NCBI GenBank assembly: GCA_951406725.2 | Contig: OX597827.1 | Coordinates: 48,174,001-48,238,000, forward strand | Origin: Octopus vulgaris | Lineage: Eukaryota | DNA length: 64,000 bases | Direction of reading: 5' to 3' | Shown here: positions 12,459 through 26,620 of the stretch, piece by piece | Layout of the letters: each line of letters opens with the position of its first letter | How positions within the stretch are numbered: the stretch's first letter is position 1 | Position numbers and translations under genes: made by a program | The notes under the pieces: generated by a model | What the model was told of the DNA's origin: nothing | What the model saw: only the letters and a program-made list of their open reading frames with translations | The model's database searches: none

Positions 12459-14570
12459 ATATATTCATGTGTGTATATGTGTGTCCGTGTGTGTATATGG
12501 GTTTACGCATATAATCATACCTATTTTTATGAATGCATACGCATATAAATGCATACACAACTTGTGTCATTATTCATTCTGCTAAGGTGTCGGTAAAACA
12601 GAAAATTACTAAAAAGATTTGCGTCGCAGTGTATGTTACTACATCAAAGTTTCCATGCGACTTGTGCAACATATCTTGTAAGAGACAACATAGCTGTTTC
12701 CAGACTAATAAGTGTTCACGTATTCAAGAAGTTATGCTGTGTTTACTTGTGATTAAGGTCAAGTAAGAAGTGAAAGAGAAAGATTATGAAGCAGGAATAT
12801 ATCATACAATTATCTAAGAGCAATCACGAGACTTTCATATATCTCCCACTTGTGAGTAATGGTTTTATTTAAGAATGTTGAATATGCGCCTGCGGGAGTT
12901 TAATAGGAACAAATATATGAAAATTGTAGTAGTGCCTGTATGTGGGGATTGTATAGAGAATTGAGACATAGGAAAGTATAAGGAATCTGTGTAATGAGTA
13001 GTTAGCATGCATTATTTCACAGTAAACTATTTACTTACCAGAATACATGCTATTATCACAGATCCAGTTATTTGAATTGAGTTTATCAGGGTTTCGTTTA
13101 AGTTTATATGGATGGAGGGGATTATTAATGAATTGCAGTGTATAATTATTATTCACGCTGTTTTTTATTTGCAGTTGTGTGGTATCCGGGAGTAGGAAGA
13201 AATGTTTATTTCTGTTTGTAAACAAACGATAAAAGAATGTTTTGTTACACGTTTTTACTCGTAGGTTATATGGTAGAATTATCCCGGATCATATTTTTCC
13301 TCTAGTTTCTGTGTAGAGGTTGCGGGTTGATTGTATTATAAAGGTATTTTCTTTCCTTTGTGTAGCCATAGATTTATAACCTCCTAGAAACGATGTGTTT
13401 CTTAATTGAAGACTCTTTGTTAGAAGGTTTTCCAGTGATTTTCAATGACAGAATATCAACGAGCCTTTGAGACATGTGTAACGAAGCTAGAGAGTTTTCA
13501 AAAGGAATAATTCAGTATTTTAGGTTCGTCTTCTGTTTTCCCGGCTTTATATTTTTCCTTAAAAGAAATCAAAAGAAACAATGCCTCAACAGCTACAATT
13601 TTTACTCAACCGATCGTTCACACGTTTTCGGTTCGTATACTGTGTTATTCTTTAGAAATATTTTCCCGTCTTTTGTTTCTTTAACTAGTATCTATCCCAT
13701 AGCTACGTTTCAATATCTTTCCTTGATATTTGCAATGAGATCTCACATTCCTCTACCTCCAAGAAGATACAAACACGCTTTGTTTATAATTTTGACTACA
13801 ATTACGCAACTACACAATTCTAAATTTATTTTGAACTAAACAATTTTCTAATTTAACCAGCGACAAAGTTTTATTGATACACTGGCATACTAGCCCTTCC
13901 GGCAGAAATTCAAAAACCTGTTGAAATGAATATGAATGTACACATGCATGTATGTATATATATATGTACGTATGTATGTATCTATGTATGTTTATAAATA
14001 TGTAGGTAAAAAAATATATATGTATTTATATGTATATATATATTTATAGATATTTATATATACATATATTTACATATGTATGTACAGACACATACTTATA
14101 GACATCTATTAGCACACACACATACATACGTAACGATATTTTCTCATAATTATATGCCTATCCCATTTTTCATGTTGCGCTGTTTGCTACAATAATTTTA
14201 AAACAAATTTAATCTATGAAGATTATATCTGCTGTCTTACAAACAAATCTCAATACAGAAACATTCAATTATACTTTGTTTTATATATAGTAAACAGGAC
14301 AGGCATAAACACACAATTATTATTGAAAAATAAGCGGAATGTAGATCAGGTGAAATTACAAAAGTGTGAAAACATTCAACAAATTTCAATATATCTGGAT
14401 TGTGATTTTAGTGTAAAGAAGAAAAAAAACCATTAGGTTTCATCTACATACGTGAAGCATATTTTAAAAGCTTTATCGCAAAGATTGGAATGAAGAAACA
14501 AACAGGGATAGGCATACATTTATCTGAAAATGATGTTCAACTTAAATGCGTCTATCAAGGTAAAATTATA

Positions 14571-14572
<2 letters not shown>

Positions 14573-14614
<42 letters not shown>

Positions 14615-14615
14615 C

Positions 14616-14682
<67 letters not shown>

Positions 14683-14686
14683 ACTT

Positions 14687-14744
<58 letters not shown>

Positions 14745-14745
14745 C
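14573..14745. repeat. (TATC)n microsatellite
   Basis: Seen directly. Confidence 0.95.
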
Positions 14746-15145
14746 GTCTGCCTGTCTGTCTGCTTATATATCTATCGCTCATCTATTTATCTCTTTAGCT
14801 ATCTATCCCTCTGTCTGTCTGCTTATCTATCTATCTATGGCGTACATAATTTCTTTATGGACTGGATACGGTGCGTCGGGGGTATTACACATTTTGTAAC
14901 CAGACTTATCTGGAGCAATGTGAAATGGAGTGTTTTACTCAAGATCATAACGAATCGCTTGGCCTAGGAACCGAAACCATGAGTACGATACCTTGACCTC
15001 TCAGGCACATGTGTGTATATAAATATATATCGACATAAATATGTTGCTGAACTTGTAAGAATTTCTATACTTTTGAGACAACGTGAAATATTTCTTTGTT
15101 AGAATTGTTTCTCGAAGTAGATAACTAGTATAAATAGCAGGAATT

Positions 15146-15238
15146 CGAAGGATTGTTTTGGTCTAATGGTAGAACGCCTGCCATATTTACATGAGATGTG
15201 TTCGAGTCCTATAAGAAGCCTTCGACATTTTTTTTTTT
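15146..15238 (+). pseudogene. Degenerate tRNA-like unit with oligo-T terminator
   Basis: TGGTCTAATGG A box, GTTCGAGTC B box, closing TCGAAGG/CCTTCGA stem, followed by a T run. Confidence 0.4.
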
Positions 15239-15330
15239 CAAAAGGTTTATCCTTCCCAATATTTACATGCGCTACTTGCTTGTGAGGCTAGAGATGGGAG
15301 CGATGACTTCCCTTTACATATATATATATA

Positions 15331-15670
15331 AAGGTAAAGACCCCCTTCGGTCATGAATGACCATGGGATTGCACCTAGAAAGTTACCCTCCTAGACACAA
15401 CTCCGGGCAAGGTTGTTTATGGAAGGCCAGCAGTCGCCCATGCATACCAGCCCCCCTCTCCACGCCACCAGTGTTATCCAAGTGAAAGACAAAGGTCGAT
15501 ACAGCTTGGCACCAGTGACGTCGCAACTCATTTCTACAGCTGAGTGAACTGGAGCAACGTGAAATAAAGTGCCTTGCTCGAGAACACAACACGCAGCCCG
15601 GTCCGGGATTCGAGCTCACAACCTCACGATCGTAAGCTCGACGCTCTAACCACTGAGCCATGCGCCTTCA
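15331..15670 (-). mobile_element. tRNA(Arg)-derived SINE, near full length
   Basis: Minus-strand head GAAGGCGCATGGCTCAGTGGTTAGAGCGTCGAGCTTACGATCGTGAGG..TCGAATCC; closely similar copy at 53895-54227. Confidence 0.9.
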
Positions 15671-15671
15671 T

Positions 15672-15703
<32 letters not shown>

Positions 15704-16985
15704 TATATAATCATATATATATATATACATATACATGCGCATCGCATGCAGCTTACATATATAAATGTACATGTATACACTCATATATATATTATATATA
15801 TATGTATATATATATGTGTATATATATATGTGTGTGTGTATATATATCTATATATATATATACCCATATATACCCACATGTATAAGCAAGTGTATGTGAA
15901 ATTAACTGAAGCGATTGAATGTCAATTTTCCAGGATTTTATGAAAAAACGATCGGCTATCTTCTAATTTTAATTCTTTTAATTCCCTATAATATTGCATA
16001 TATACATAAAGAGTTTGCAACAATATCTAGTCAATCTTCTTGCATGCCCATTAACAAAGCACTTACGACAAGACGCCCATAAAGATTCTATTTTTGATTG
16101 TTATATTGAACTGAATAAACCCGTTTCCCTGTGTTCACAGATTTTTTTATGTGCGCTGAATACGTGATAGGAATGCATAACTAAATTAGGCAATAAAACA
16201 GTATTGAAAAATCGTAGAATGGGACCTATAAAATGTTGCGCTTCCTTTACAACATGTGTTTCAAATGAACTTGCAAGAAAAGATTAATAAAGTGATGACA
16301 ATATTAAAGATGAACGTCAGTTTGACATACACTGTGAAATCAAAATTCTTCTTTCCATTGTGAATCAGTGTTATATTTTCTTCAAATATGCCTTTCTTTC
16401 AAAAAAGATATGGGATGAACTATATTTTATTGAGTCTTTTCGTATTAGGAGCCCGACAAAAATTTTGCTAAACATTAACAACTTCAGCATCTTGCGTAAC
16501 CTCCGTATATTCGATGCAATTGTTAAGGAATAGAAACATGCTATACTTGAGGACGCGATAGACGTTTATCCGAGGAATCCAAAAGGGGGTAAGTTTTCCT
16601 GAATTTGCTTTTGTACACATAATAGTATTATTTAATAGCAATAATGCAAAAATAGAAATTCTTCAGGAGATCCTTTTGTTCCATCCAAATCATTGGCGTT
16701 AAGAAACGTATGGAGGGCATATTTCTTTATTTAGTCTCGCAATTTAATTGAACATACTATACAAATTTGATGGGTTAAACACGGCTTTCCCGGATGCTTA
16801 GTTGTCAGTCAAAAGATAGTTTATATATCTTTTTCGATACATTTTAATATATCCTCCTATGTCCTCTGTTGGACATATTGGAAAAGCTCTGGCAAGTACT
16901 GAAGAAACAAAAAACAAAGGCAGATAAATCTTCTCTATCAATTTAAGTATATGATATAGCATTAATAAAAATATAATTTAAATAA

Positions 16986-17383
16986 CTAGCAGTATCGCCC
17001 GGCTTTGCTCGGGTTTGTAAGGGAAATAACTATATAAGAATTTTTAGAGATGTAAAGTATAACAGCCATCTCAATATGGCTAACCACAAAGGGGGGAGGG
17101 TGTTACTGTAGCTTTTTACGTTCTCAGATTTAATAATAAATTGTTAGAGTGTTACTTCCCTTATATATGCCAAAAATGCATTAAAAATGGGAAAAAATAA
17201 TGGTAATTTTTTTTTAAATCGTAGACTCATAGTAGACGCGCACTAATACCCAGAAGAGCTCGATATAAATCACGACTATAAGATACCCGGTTTTGGTTAA
17301 ACTGCACCGCAAAATGTGGGAGTAGTTAGGAATCTAAATCGTAGGAGACAGGCAGCACACAACCTCACTTTTATATATAAAGA
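16986..17383 (-). mobile_element. Non-autonomous Helitron, second copy
   Basis: Reverse complement of 9853-10252 along its length; TC and CTAG ends at an AT target. Confidence 0.9.
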
Positions 17384-18429
17384 TAACATAATATATTAAA
17401 TAAGTTATTCTATTAAGTAAATTTATAGGTACAAATTTGAAATTATTAAGGTGATTCATAAATACCACATTAGGCAATAATTATTTAAAAAAAAAACATT
17501 ATCATGTCTTGAAAATACACACGTGTTAGGGAAAACAAAAAGACAGTTTGAAAATAAGGAATGATGTACCGAAATTTAATAACAACCTAAATGAGCTCCA
17601 ATAAAATGTCATGTTGCCCTGCTTTGTTAAATCAATTAGTTATATTATCAAAGGAATATTTTTCGATAATTTTCTTGATTTTTATTTCATTCTGTGATGT
17701 TTCTTAGTGCATATTGTTAATATGAATAAAAAGGTTAAAAATAGAAATAATTAAATCATTATTATAGTGTATAGTAATTAGCGTTGTTATAAATTAAGTT
17801 CACAGCATAATTTAATTTTCTTCTGTAAGTTTTGTAAATATTAACTCTTTTCCTTTATTTTTACTTGTTTACATGACAGAAATTTGTAAATTTATGAGAA
17901 ACATTAAAGCAAAGAGAAAGAAAAACAGACCCGGTATCGTCATTTGAGGTATCGATATGTGTATTAGTTTGTGTGTATGTGTGTTTGTTTGAATGTGTAT
18001 GTGTGTGTTTGTATGTGTGTGCGTGTGTGTTCATGTACGTGTGATTTGCGTTTCCCTGTGTGTTTGTGTGTGAATGATGAGCTTTTATGTGTATGTGTAT
18101 ACGTGTGTGTGTGATTGTGTGTGTGTATTATGTGTGTGTCTAAGTGTATGATGTGCGTTTGTGTGTGTATGTGTGTGCGTGAGTGTGTACGTGCGTGTGA
18201 GTGCATTTGTGTATGTGTGTGTGGGCATGGTGCATGCACAGACATGTCTCACAATTTCTACGGTAGACCGGATGTTGGTGGCACCGTACACATCGAATTC
18301 GTATAAAGTTATCTCCGATAACCTGTATCTTATGTAAATATCCCGATATATATTTACACACACACACACACACATATATATAAACATATGTATTCACATA
18401 TATACATACACATACATACATACATATAT

Positions 18430-18963
18430 TCTTTTAATCCTTTACTGGTTTCAGCCAAAAGATGGGACCATTCTGGGGTACCCCCTTTCGGTGTTTTGGA
18501 GTCTCCTTTAGGTACTGTTTTTGCTGAAGGAGTGAGTTGGAGGAAGCTGTACATCTTCGTGCTTCAGGCCTCCGTGACTCCAGATGGAAATTTGTCCTGG
18601 TGCATTTTGGACGCATCCATATCTAAACCTTACAGATCTCGTAGGTTCCTTGGCATGATGTTAAACAGTGGTGGTCCACTAAAACCCAAGCTGATGCTAT
18701 ACTGGGTCCTTACCTGAGGTGAAGAAGACAGTATCTTTGGTATAATGAAGCGCCGTCATGTTCGGTAGAGGGCATAACTTTTAATTCCAATGTTGAGAGC
18801 TAGACTTTCCAGGATCCTCCATATGTATACCACTGCGTAAATTTATCGCACTTCTCTCTAGGAAGCAGTGCTTCAGTTCTTGCAGCCTCTCCCAGTAGCT
18901 CAGCTGTTTCACCGAGTCAATCTTCTTTGTGCAGTGGGGCAGGATTGCCTCAAGTTCCGCCAC
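18430..18963 (-). mobile_element. CR1/L2-type LINE 3' fragment (ORF2 C-terminus + 3' UTR)
   Basis: Minus-strand peptides AELEAILPHCTKKIDSVKQLSYWERLQELKHCFLER and LGFSGPPLFNIMPRNLRDL, typical of post-RT C-terminal motifs; frameshifts and stops. Confidence 0.8.
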
Positions 18964-18966
18964 TCG

Positions 18967-19014
<48 letters not shown>

Positions 19015-19041
19015 ATATATACTTTATGAAAATGTAGCAAA

Positions 19042-19223
19042 AATATCAAGAAAACTGTTACTCAGAGTTTCATGTTCCCATTCGTCGCTCAGCTTTTCCG
19101 ACGAACGGATATGTGAAACTTGGAGTAACACTTCTTGTGATATTCTTGTTGTTTTTAATAAAGCCTATCTCTCTACCTCCAGTATTCGAGTACTATTTTT
19201 TCCACTTTGTCCCGCACTACTCT

Positions 19224-19225
<2 letters not shown>
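19042..19225. mobile_element. Head-to-head inverted pair of HHR-bearing repeat fragments
   Basis: Palindrome 19042-19144; each arm reads (C/G)CGACGA-stem II-GAAAC T(ct/tg)g AGT A-aca outward. Confidence 0.65.
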
Positions 19226-19272
<47 letters not shown>

Positions 19273-20079
19273 ATACATATATATGTATGTATATATGCGT
19301 GTGCGCGTGTGTCAATGTATGTACGTATATATTGCGATCAGTATAGCATGCGCTTCTGTCCATTACTTTGGAGATAAAATGGAAATTAACAACCCCAAAA
19401 CATAAATATAAAGAAGTGCAGCATACATGTTTCTATGCAACGGATCATTTGCCGAGATGCAGAACCACACACACATACGTATGTATATATACATACACAT
19501 ATATATATATACACAAAGCGTGAGAGGGGGAGAGAGAGGGAAGGAGGCAAAACGATTTCAAAATTCAATTTTAGAATTTCTTTTGCCTTACCTCGATGGA
19601 GAATTTAAGAGCTGCATCTTCTGTTTCCAGTATTCTTTACTTTTCAATAAAGACTATGTAGAACTGGCGTTAAATGATTTAATATAATATTAGAAGGAAA
19701 GGAAGATATATAGTAAGTCTCTGAAATTCACTTTAAATGGGAAGAATTTAATAATTGACATAAAAATTTTCTATTGTCTACAGTTCTTTTTTTAGCAATA
19801 TTCCCATAGACAAAATTGCGAATGTTTTCTGCGATGTTTTTCTCTTAACTTTGTAACCAGTCGCTATATAATAAATATGAAAGCTTTTTTTAATACGTAA
19901 TTTTCAACTATTTCAACTAACCAAACCAAACCAACCAACTTACCAAACTGAAACCTACATGTAATTTAAAATTCGAATTTGTATTATAAAGAGAAATTCA
20001 TGTACTTTAACTATGAGAACGATTTAAACAGTTTTCAAATATTGGTTACACATTTTGGCACAGATCGAAGAATTTCGTG

Positions 20080-20268
20080 GGATGGGGTGACTCGTTTGTG
20101 TCCGCTGCAGGGGCCGCTCGACTGGTGCTTATTTTAACAACGCCGAAAAGATGAAAGGCAAAGTGAAACTCAGTGGAATTCGGACTCAACCTCAGACAGT
20201 AAAGACGGACGAAATAGAGTTAAGCATTTTGTCAGGCGCACTAACGACTCTGCCAACTGACCACCTTA
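20080..20268 (-). mobile_element. Meta-domain-like SINE, diverged
   Basis: gaaaagatgaaaggcaaagt..gacgaaata..aagcatttt..ctaacgactctgccaact. Confidence 0.7.
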
Positions 20269-20379
20269 ACAATTTTTAAATATTAACACAAGCAAAGACT
20301 AAGGAACGAAAATAATGTTTCCATAAAATATTTATTGACAAAGTAGTTACGGTTATAGAACCACAAAAACCAGGATTAC

Positions 20380-20729
20380 ATAACCCCTAATATTTGGCAT
20401 CCTAATTGCCCAGATCTCAATCCATTGAACTATTACATGTGGAGCGTTGTTGAAAGAGAGGTCAATGAACACGGCCATAACACCAAAAATTCTTTGAAAG
20501 CTGCCATAGTCAGAGTAATGTCCAAAATGAACCAGGACCACTTAATTTGAGCATGTAGATGATTTAGATCTCATATAGAAGCACTTGTTGAAGCTGACGG
20601 TGGCTTTATTAAATAGCATCATAGAAAAGAATGTTTATTTTAAAACTCATAGTGTTTTTTGATAAATAAAGTTATTATCTGTTTATTTATAAATGTAAAT
20701 GTGTCCCCAAATATCATACGCACACTGTA
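20380..20729 (+). mobile_element. Tc1/mariner (maT/DD37D-like) 3' remnant
   Basis: ITPNIWHPNCPDLNPLNYYMWSVVEREVNEHGHNTKNSLKAAIVRVMSKM..ACR*FRSHIEALVEADGGFIK* (WPPSSPDLNPLDY-type motif); ends in ..cacactg|TA. Confidence 0.85.
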
Positions 20730-20970
20730 CATAAATATGCACACACAAACACACACTCACACACACATATATATATGTATATATATATATATACGTAGTG
20801 TATTAGCTATTATATACGTGTGTATATATATATGTGTGTGTGTGTGTGTGCGCGCGTGCGTATGTGTGTGAATGTACACACCCATATACATGCATAGATA
20901 GACGGTAATGCAAACAAAATCGAACATAATAGTTTCTTATTAACGGTTTCAGGACAGCCAGGTTCGTTTC

Positions 20971-21055
<85 letters not shown>

Positions 21056-21576
21056 GAACAGAGTCAATATATACACGATGCTTCGTTGATTTTCCACTGT
21101 TTTCTCTACGTCAAATTGACAGCCAGTTTATATAGTTCACTAATATACATTAAGAGCGGTTCACATCTAAAGAAATGATTGACCAAAACAAAAGAGTGGA
21201 AAGAAAATCACTGACACAAAAACCGGATTTGAGGACAATACACAGAAAAAAAAATAAGCAAACAAAGAACCTGAACTCATAAATCGGTATATCAATATTA
21301 ATAGGGTGTTGTTCTATTGTTGTTATCGTTGTTTTCGTTCTGTTTTTGTTCTGTTTTTGTTTTTTGTTTTCTTTCTTTTAAACAGTAACTTATTAAATAC
21401 GAGTTCGGTAAGTATACTGAGGCTTCAAATAATTATACGAATAACATAAGACATATCGTGTTCATTATGATAGTTGTAGCTGTTGTTGACCACCAAGAGA
21501 TATCAAAAGTAAGCCTATGACTACAAGCGTTCTAATCATAAGCATTTTCCCAATTATAAACATACATATATATATG

Positions 21577-21809
21577 CTCTCTTTTTACTCTTTTACTTGT
21601 TTCAGTCATTTGATTGTGGCTATGCTGGAGCACCGCCTTTTGTCGAGCACATCAACTCCAGGACTTATTCTTTGTAAGCCTAGTACTTATTCTATTGGGT
21701 CTTCAGCCGAACCGCTAAGTTACGGCGAAGTAAACACACCAGCATCGGTTGTCAAGCGATGTTGGGAGGACAAACACAGACACACAAACATACACACACA
21801 TACATAGAC

Positions 21810-21851
<42 letters not shown>

Positions 21852-22000
21852 GACGGGCTTCGTTCCATTTCCGTCTACCAAATCCACTTTTGTTGGCCCG
21901 AGGCTATAGTAGAAGACACTTGCGCAAGGTGCCACGCAGAGGAGACTGAACCCGGAACCATGTTGTTCGTAAGCAAGCTACTTACCACACAGCCACTCCT
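21577..22000 (-). mobile_element. CORE-like SINE with internal microsatellite
   Basis: Reverse complement of the 37923-38300 element. Confidence 0.9.
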
Positions 22001-22039
22001 ACATATATATATATATATATATATAGAAAGAGAGAGATC

Positions 22040-22066
22040 GATAGATAGATAGATAGATAGAGAGAG

Positions 22067-22139
<73 letters not shown>
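22040..22139. repeat. (GATA)n microsatellite
   Basis: Seen directly. Confidence 0.95.
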
Positions 22140-22140
22140 T

Positions 22141-22230
22141 TGGCCTACTCGCCTAGTCAGTGTGGCGTCATTCGCGTGCTAAAACTATGTAAAGCGCATT
22201 GTGATCAGTGATATATAACAAAATGTGAAA
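22141..22230 (+). repeat. Dispersed repeat fragment (same family as 44438-44556)
   Basis: tggcctactcgcctagtcag..tggcgtcatt..gctaaaac..gcattgtgatcagtgat matches the reverse complement of 44470-44556. Confidence 0.6.
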
Positions 22231-22364
22231 AGAATTCGTGTCCTATACATGATGCATGGTTTGGGCGTTTGGTAGTTATTTTGCAAAAGTTTTTAACATA
22301 ACTACTTACTACAGAGCTTCGTCTTCCCCTGGAAGGGAACTCGTTGAATTTGGTGCATTGTTCT

Positions 22365-22760
22365 TTAGTTACCTACTTCTTGCTTACTAACTTATTTACG
22401 TACTTCTTTCCGTTTCACGAAGTACATAAGCCCACCACACAATCTATTCAATAAGCTGTGTTTTTCTGATATCGTCATAGTGTCATTCCAACTTCTTGTC
22501 TCCTTTCCTTGCAAATGATTCTTTGCCATGTGATTTTAGAGCGCCCTACTGTTCTTCCCCTTCAGGTTTCCACTTTCATGCCACCATACAATCGCTTACT
22601 CGATGTTGTCTGAGGATGTGTCCGATTAATACCAGCGCCTGCGTGTTATTTCGCGTTCGATTCTATTGATGCATTTTGTCTCCACTCTGTCATTTCGGAC
22701 TCTTGTCAGCCACTTGATATCTTTGGGGCATGTAAATTCTCTAAATTCTCTTTCTAAATG
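22365..22760 (-). mobile_element. RTE-like LINE 3' fragment
   Basis: Minus-strand EITRRRWY..GHILRQ..KWKPEG..GRSKITWQR, resembling RTE RRRWxWIGHxLR..WxPEGKRxxGRPKxTW; (TAAG)-like tail. Confidence 0.8.
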
Positions 22761-22989
22761 TCTTGCTTCGACATCTGTATTTGGGACGATTCGCTTATTT
22801 TTGGTAGTAATGACTTTCAAAGTACCTCCTAGCGTGTGGCATTTATGTGTAATAATGCCCTCTATATAATATTAAAAAATATTTTCAAGTGAAAAAAATG
22901 TTCAGATTTTTTTCTCTCATGAGGTTTTTCACGCTAACTACCTGATAATTTCTTGTTAAGATTTCTTATTAAGATTTTATCCTTAATTG

Positions 22990-23033
<44 letters not shown>

Positions 23034-25299
23034 GTGAGGTGTTGAAATTGAAAGCGAAGCACATTTCGACACGTCACACTTATTGAATATAATTTAACTC
23101 AAGCTAAATGTGTCTACTTCATATGACACATCAACCTTAAATGAAGTGGAAATATCATAGTCTTGTTAGAAATGTTATAAACTTATTAATCAGCTGTTTT
23201 TGAATGGTTACTTTGCGTCGATAGAGTGGCTTCTCAAAGGTGTTGTCATCAACTTGTATCATTTTAATAACAGAATTGTCTCCAAAGAAATCCGTGATGT
23301 CTTCTTGTATTCGTTTACCAAATCTAATCTAATCTTTACTTGTTAAGAACATAAAACGTTGTCGAAGGAAAATTAAAAGCGTGTAATTAAATAAGATTTT
23401 GTTGTAGCCGTTTATGTTATTGTGTGTACTAAATTCTAGTATATGTTTTCTGGACTCGATGAAAATATCAATTGTTGTAGAAGTTGAATGGTTATGATTG
23501 AACAGACGTATAACCGAACAGTTTTAAACTGCGATAATTCTTTTCGTTGTTCAAATGTAATGTATCCAAATGTGACACGGGATAAAAGCAAACCCGAATA
23601 TTGCTCGGAATCCAGCATACTAGCCTGACGCTTGCCTAAGGTAGCAAGATTCGTGTCCGGGAAAGTATTTCCGCAGATATTACCTGTTTATTGCCTTTAT
23701 TTATTTCTATGAGAAAACTTTGCAAATTTGTAACTCTGGTGCACTTTTCCAGATTCATGTGCTAAATGAAAATCTGTAGATAAATATCGTAAATGATATC
23801 TTCCATAGTTTCACACGTAGATTGCTGTTGTGTATCATATGTAAAATCTCTTACCCTTTCCCGCATTTATGTATTACACTATTTTCCACAAATAGTGACT
23901 AGAATCATTCATGTTTTGTAATAGCAGAGAGGATGACATATACATTTTTCTACAACCCAGCATTTAACCCAAATTAAAACTACCCGCTATTAATACGTTT
24001 TTTTTTTCTGTCTAGTGTTCGAGATACTCATTTCATCATAGCTATTATCCTGCAATGCAATCTTACTTCTATCCTGATAACATGGTTTTCTCTCTTCTGT
24101 GAAGTATTCGCATTTGGGTCTGACTTTTCACAAAATGACTGTCATATCAAGCAGAGGATTTTGCCCTCTAAATTATGATATGATGCTCAACGTCTGAAGT
24201 TTTCACATTTAGCGCAGTACATATCGACTTATTTCATTGACCTAAATTGAACGGGCTACGGTGCAAAATGTCCCATCAAGCGAAAGTGACTTAATGTGAA
24301 TCTGTTGGTAAAAAGTTCGGAACTCTACAAAATGCCTTCTTTTAACCGTTCAAACATGCGTAAACCGATCTTACAATCGCTTACCGTCAGTGAAGGCATC
24401 GACATTTTTCTGCAGAATCTGATTGTGAATACCTGTTTAGAAATTTCAAAGACAATTTCTATGAATAAAGATAGATGTTTATTTATATAAATGTGCAGAA
24501 AATACGACTCGTACGTTGGGAAGTGGCCTCATTTTCAATTTCATTATGTAAATATATTAGTATATTATACTCTTTAGCTACAGTCATTCTTTTGGACGAA
24601 ACTTGCCAGGGCTGGCACAAAGCACTGGTGCTGCCTGCCTTTGAATGTATCCTGGATTAGATAATTCGTGATTAAGCGACCCCTTTTAAAACGGTAGGGT
24701 ATTACTTGTAGTAGATTTACTATTATTTCGAGCAGATTAAACGATTATATTATCATAGTTCCCTAATTAATCTAAATAAATTCTATTTCATTTGCAACGC
24801 CAGTTTAGCCCTCTTGTAGATTACCTACATATCATCTAGGAATGCATTATCCGATACAATAATCCACCTTTATGATTCCCCAGTATGGTTCAATAGAGAC
24901 TTTGCTGCAATTTCAGTTTGTTGAGCCAGTTCAGCTTCTTGAATCTTAGAACATTGTAATTAGTACAATCTAGGGCAGAATCTCACATATACTAACGTTG
25001 TCTTGCAGGAATTAATCTCATGCTATCGTATCATGATTTCGAATACTACCCAGGCCTAATTTACTTTTATTACTTCTACAATGATAAAATAATGTGTCGT
25101 TTAAGTATTTGATAGATAAAATCCCTTATAGCCGCTTCCCAAATTGAAGGGCTTATGATTATAGCACAAGTTAACTTTATTATCATCATGTTCGGTTGAG
25201 CATAATTATATGCAAAGCACAATGCGTTTTACATAGTTTATAGTTGGCATCTGCATTGAATTACCGAGGGGATCAACTATGTAATTCATCACTCTGGTC

Positions 25300-25500
25300 C
25301 AGGCAGAATCGTTAGCACGCCAGCGCAAATGCTTAGCAGTATTTCGTCTGCCGCTACGTTCTGAGTTCAATTTCCACCGTGGTCGACTTTACCTCTCATC
25401 CTTTCAGGGTCGATGAATTAAGTACCAGTTCGTACTGGGGTCGATCTAATCGAATGCCCCCCGCCCCCAAATTTGCAGGCCTTGTGTCTATAATAGAAAG
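25300..25500 (+). mobile_element. Meta-domain-like SINE
   Basis: ggcagaatcgttagcacgcc..ttctgagttcaa..ggtcgactttacctctcatcctttcagggtcgatgaattaagtaccag. Confidence 0.85.
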
Positions 25501-25609
25501 TATTCATCACTGTGGGTGAAGCAAAACGAATACAATTAAATACTATACTTCTCTAAATCGAAATTACGCTAACACGAAATGTGTGACATTGGGCCTAAGC
25601 TAGAAATGA

Positions 25610-25985
25610 TTATTACCTCCGTCTTAGCGAAGGTGGAGGTATTGTTTCCCGTCGTGTTTGTTTGTTTGTCTGTCCGTGGAGAGGATATCTCAAGAACCGC
25701 TGGATGGATTCGTATGAAACTTTCAGGGATGTTTAGCGTCGTGATTTACAGGAACTTGTTAGATTTGGGGATTGATCAAGAACCGGATAAGGATTCTGGA
25801 TTGTTTTCCCTGTTTTTTACTTAATTTTTGAGAGCGGTCGGGTTGATTTTTAGTATTCTCGTTTATGTGACCGGTCGAGTTTATTTCAGATATTCTCATT
25901 CTAAAAGACATCTCTGGCTAATCGTTGGGAGGACGCTGGTATTGCCTTGCCGGAAGTTTGCTCTCTCTGAGTGCGCTTGTTATAA
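25610..25985 (+). mobile_element. Helentron-associated non-autonomous element (HINE/DINE-1-like)
   Basis: 5' ttattACCTCCG..aggtGGAGGT subterminal inverted repeat, GTTT/GTCT microsatellite, atatctcaagaac..gatggattcg.atgaaacttt core, 3' cggaagt plus short hairpin. Confidence 0.75.
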
Positions 25986-26161
25986 GTTTTCTAAAGAATT
26001 TAGAATATAAATATAAATATAAATATAAATGTATTTCTTGCAAAGCTCTAAAGCCAACGACCTACACATTGCACCGTAGTAATGATTAACCGTGTTTCCT
26101 AATGAATTTAATCATCTGCAGCATTTTAGTAACGAAAGCAATTAAATAATTTATTTAAAAT

Positions 26162-26211
<50 letters not shown>

Positions 26212-26620
26212 GAAAGTGGTGAGTTCGCAGGAAATTAGTGCGGCCGAGAAAATGCTTGGCGACATTCCATCAGTATTTTTGTTCTGATTTCAAATTCCGC
26301 TCCCGCCGAGGCCGGCTGTGCTTTTTCTTCTTTTAGTGGGGATCTATAAAATAAATACATGCGAAGTATTGAGATCGAAGTCATCGACTAACTCCTTATC
26401 TCAAAATTGTTTGCCGCTTACCAAAATTAGAAAGAATTGCTATTGTTCTGGGGCGCCGGCAATCGTTAGTACATCTAACAAAATGCTTAGCATCATTTCT
26501 TCAGATTCTTTAGGTTTTGAATTCAAATTACGCCGACGCCGTTTTTTACCTTTCACGTCTCAGTGGAAATAAATAATGTCCGAGAGACCGACTAGAGATC
26601 GAACTGACATACTGTACTTC
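26212..26620 (+). mobile_element. Two adjacent diverged Meta-domain-like SINE copies
   Basis: Remnants of the head (gttctgatttcaaattccgc; aatcgttagtac..aaatgcttag..attcaaatt) and body. Confidence 0.55.

Noticed and set aside
16449-16593. Possible exon (ttag acceptor, GGGTAAGT donor)
   Set aside because: Stop codons in all three frames.
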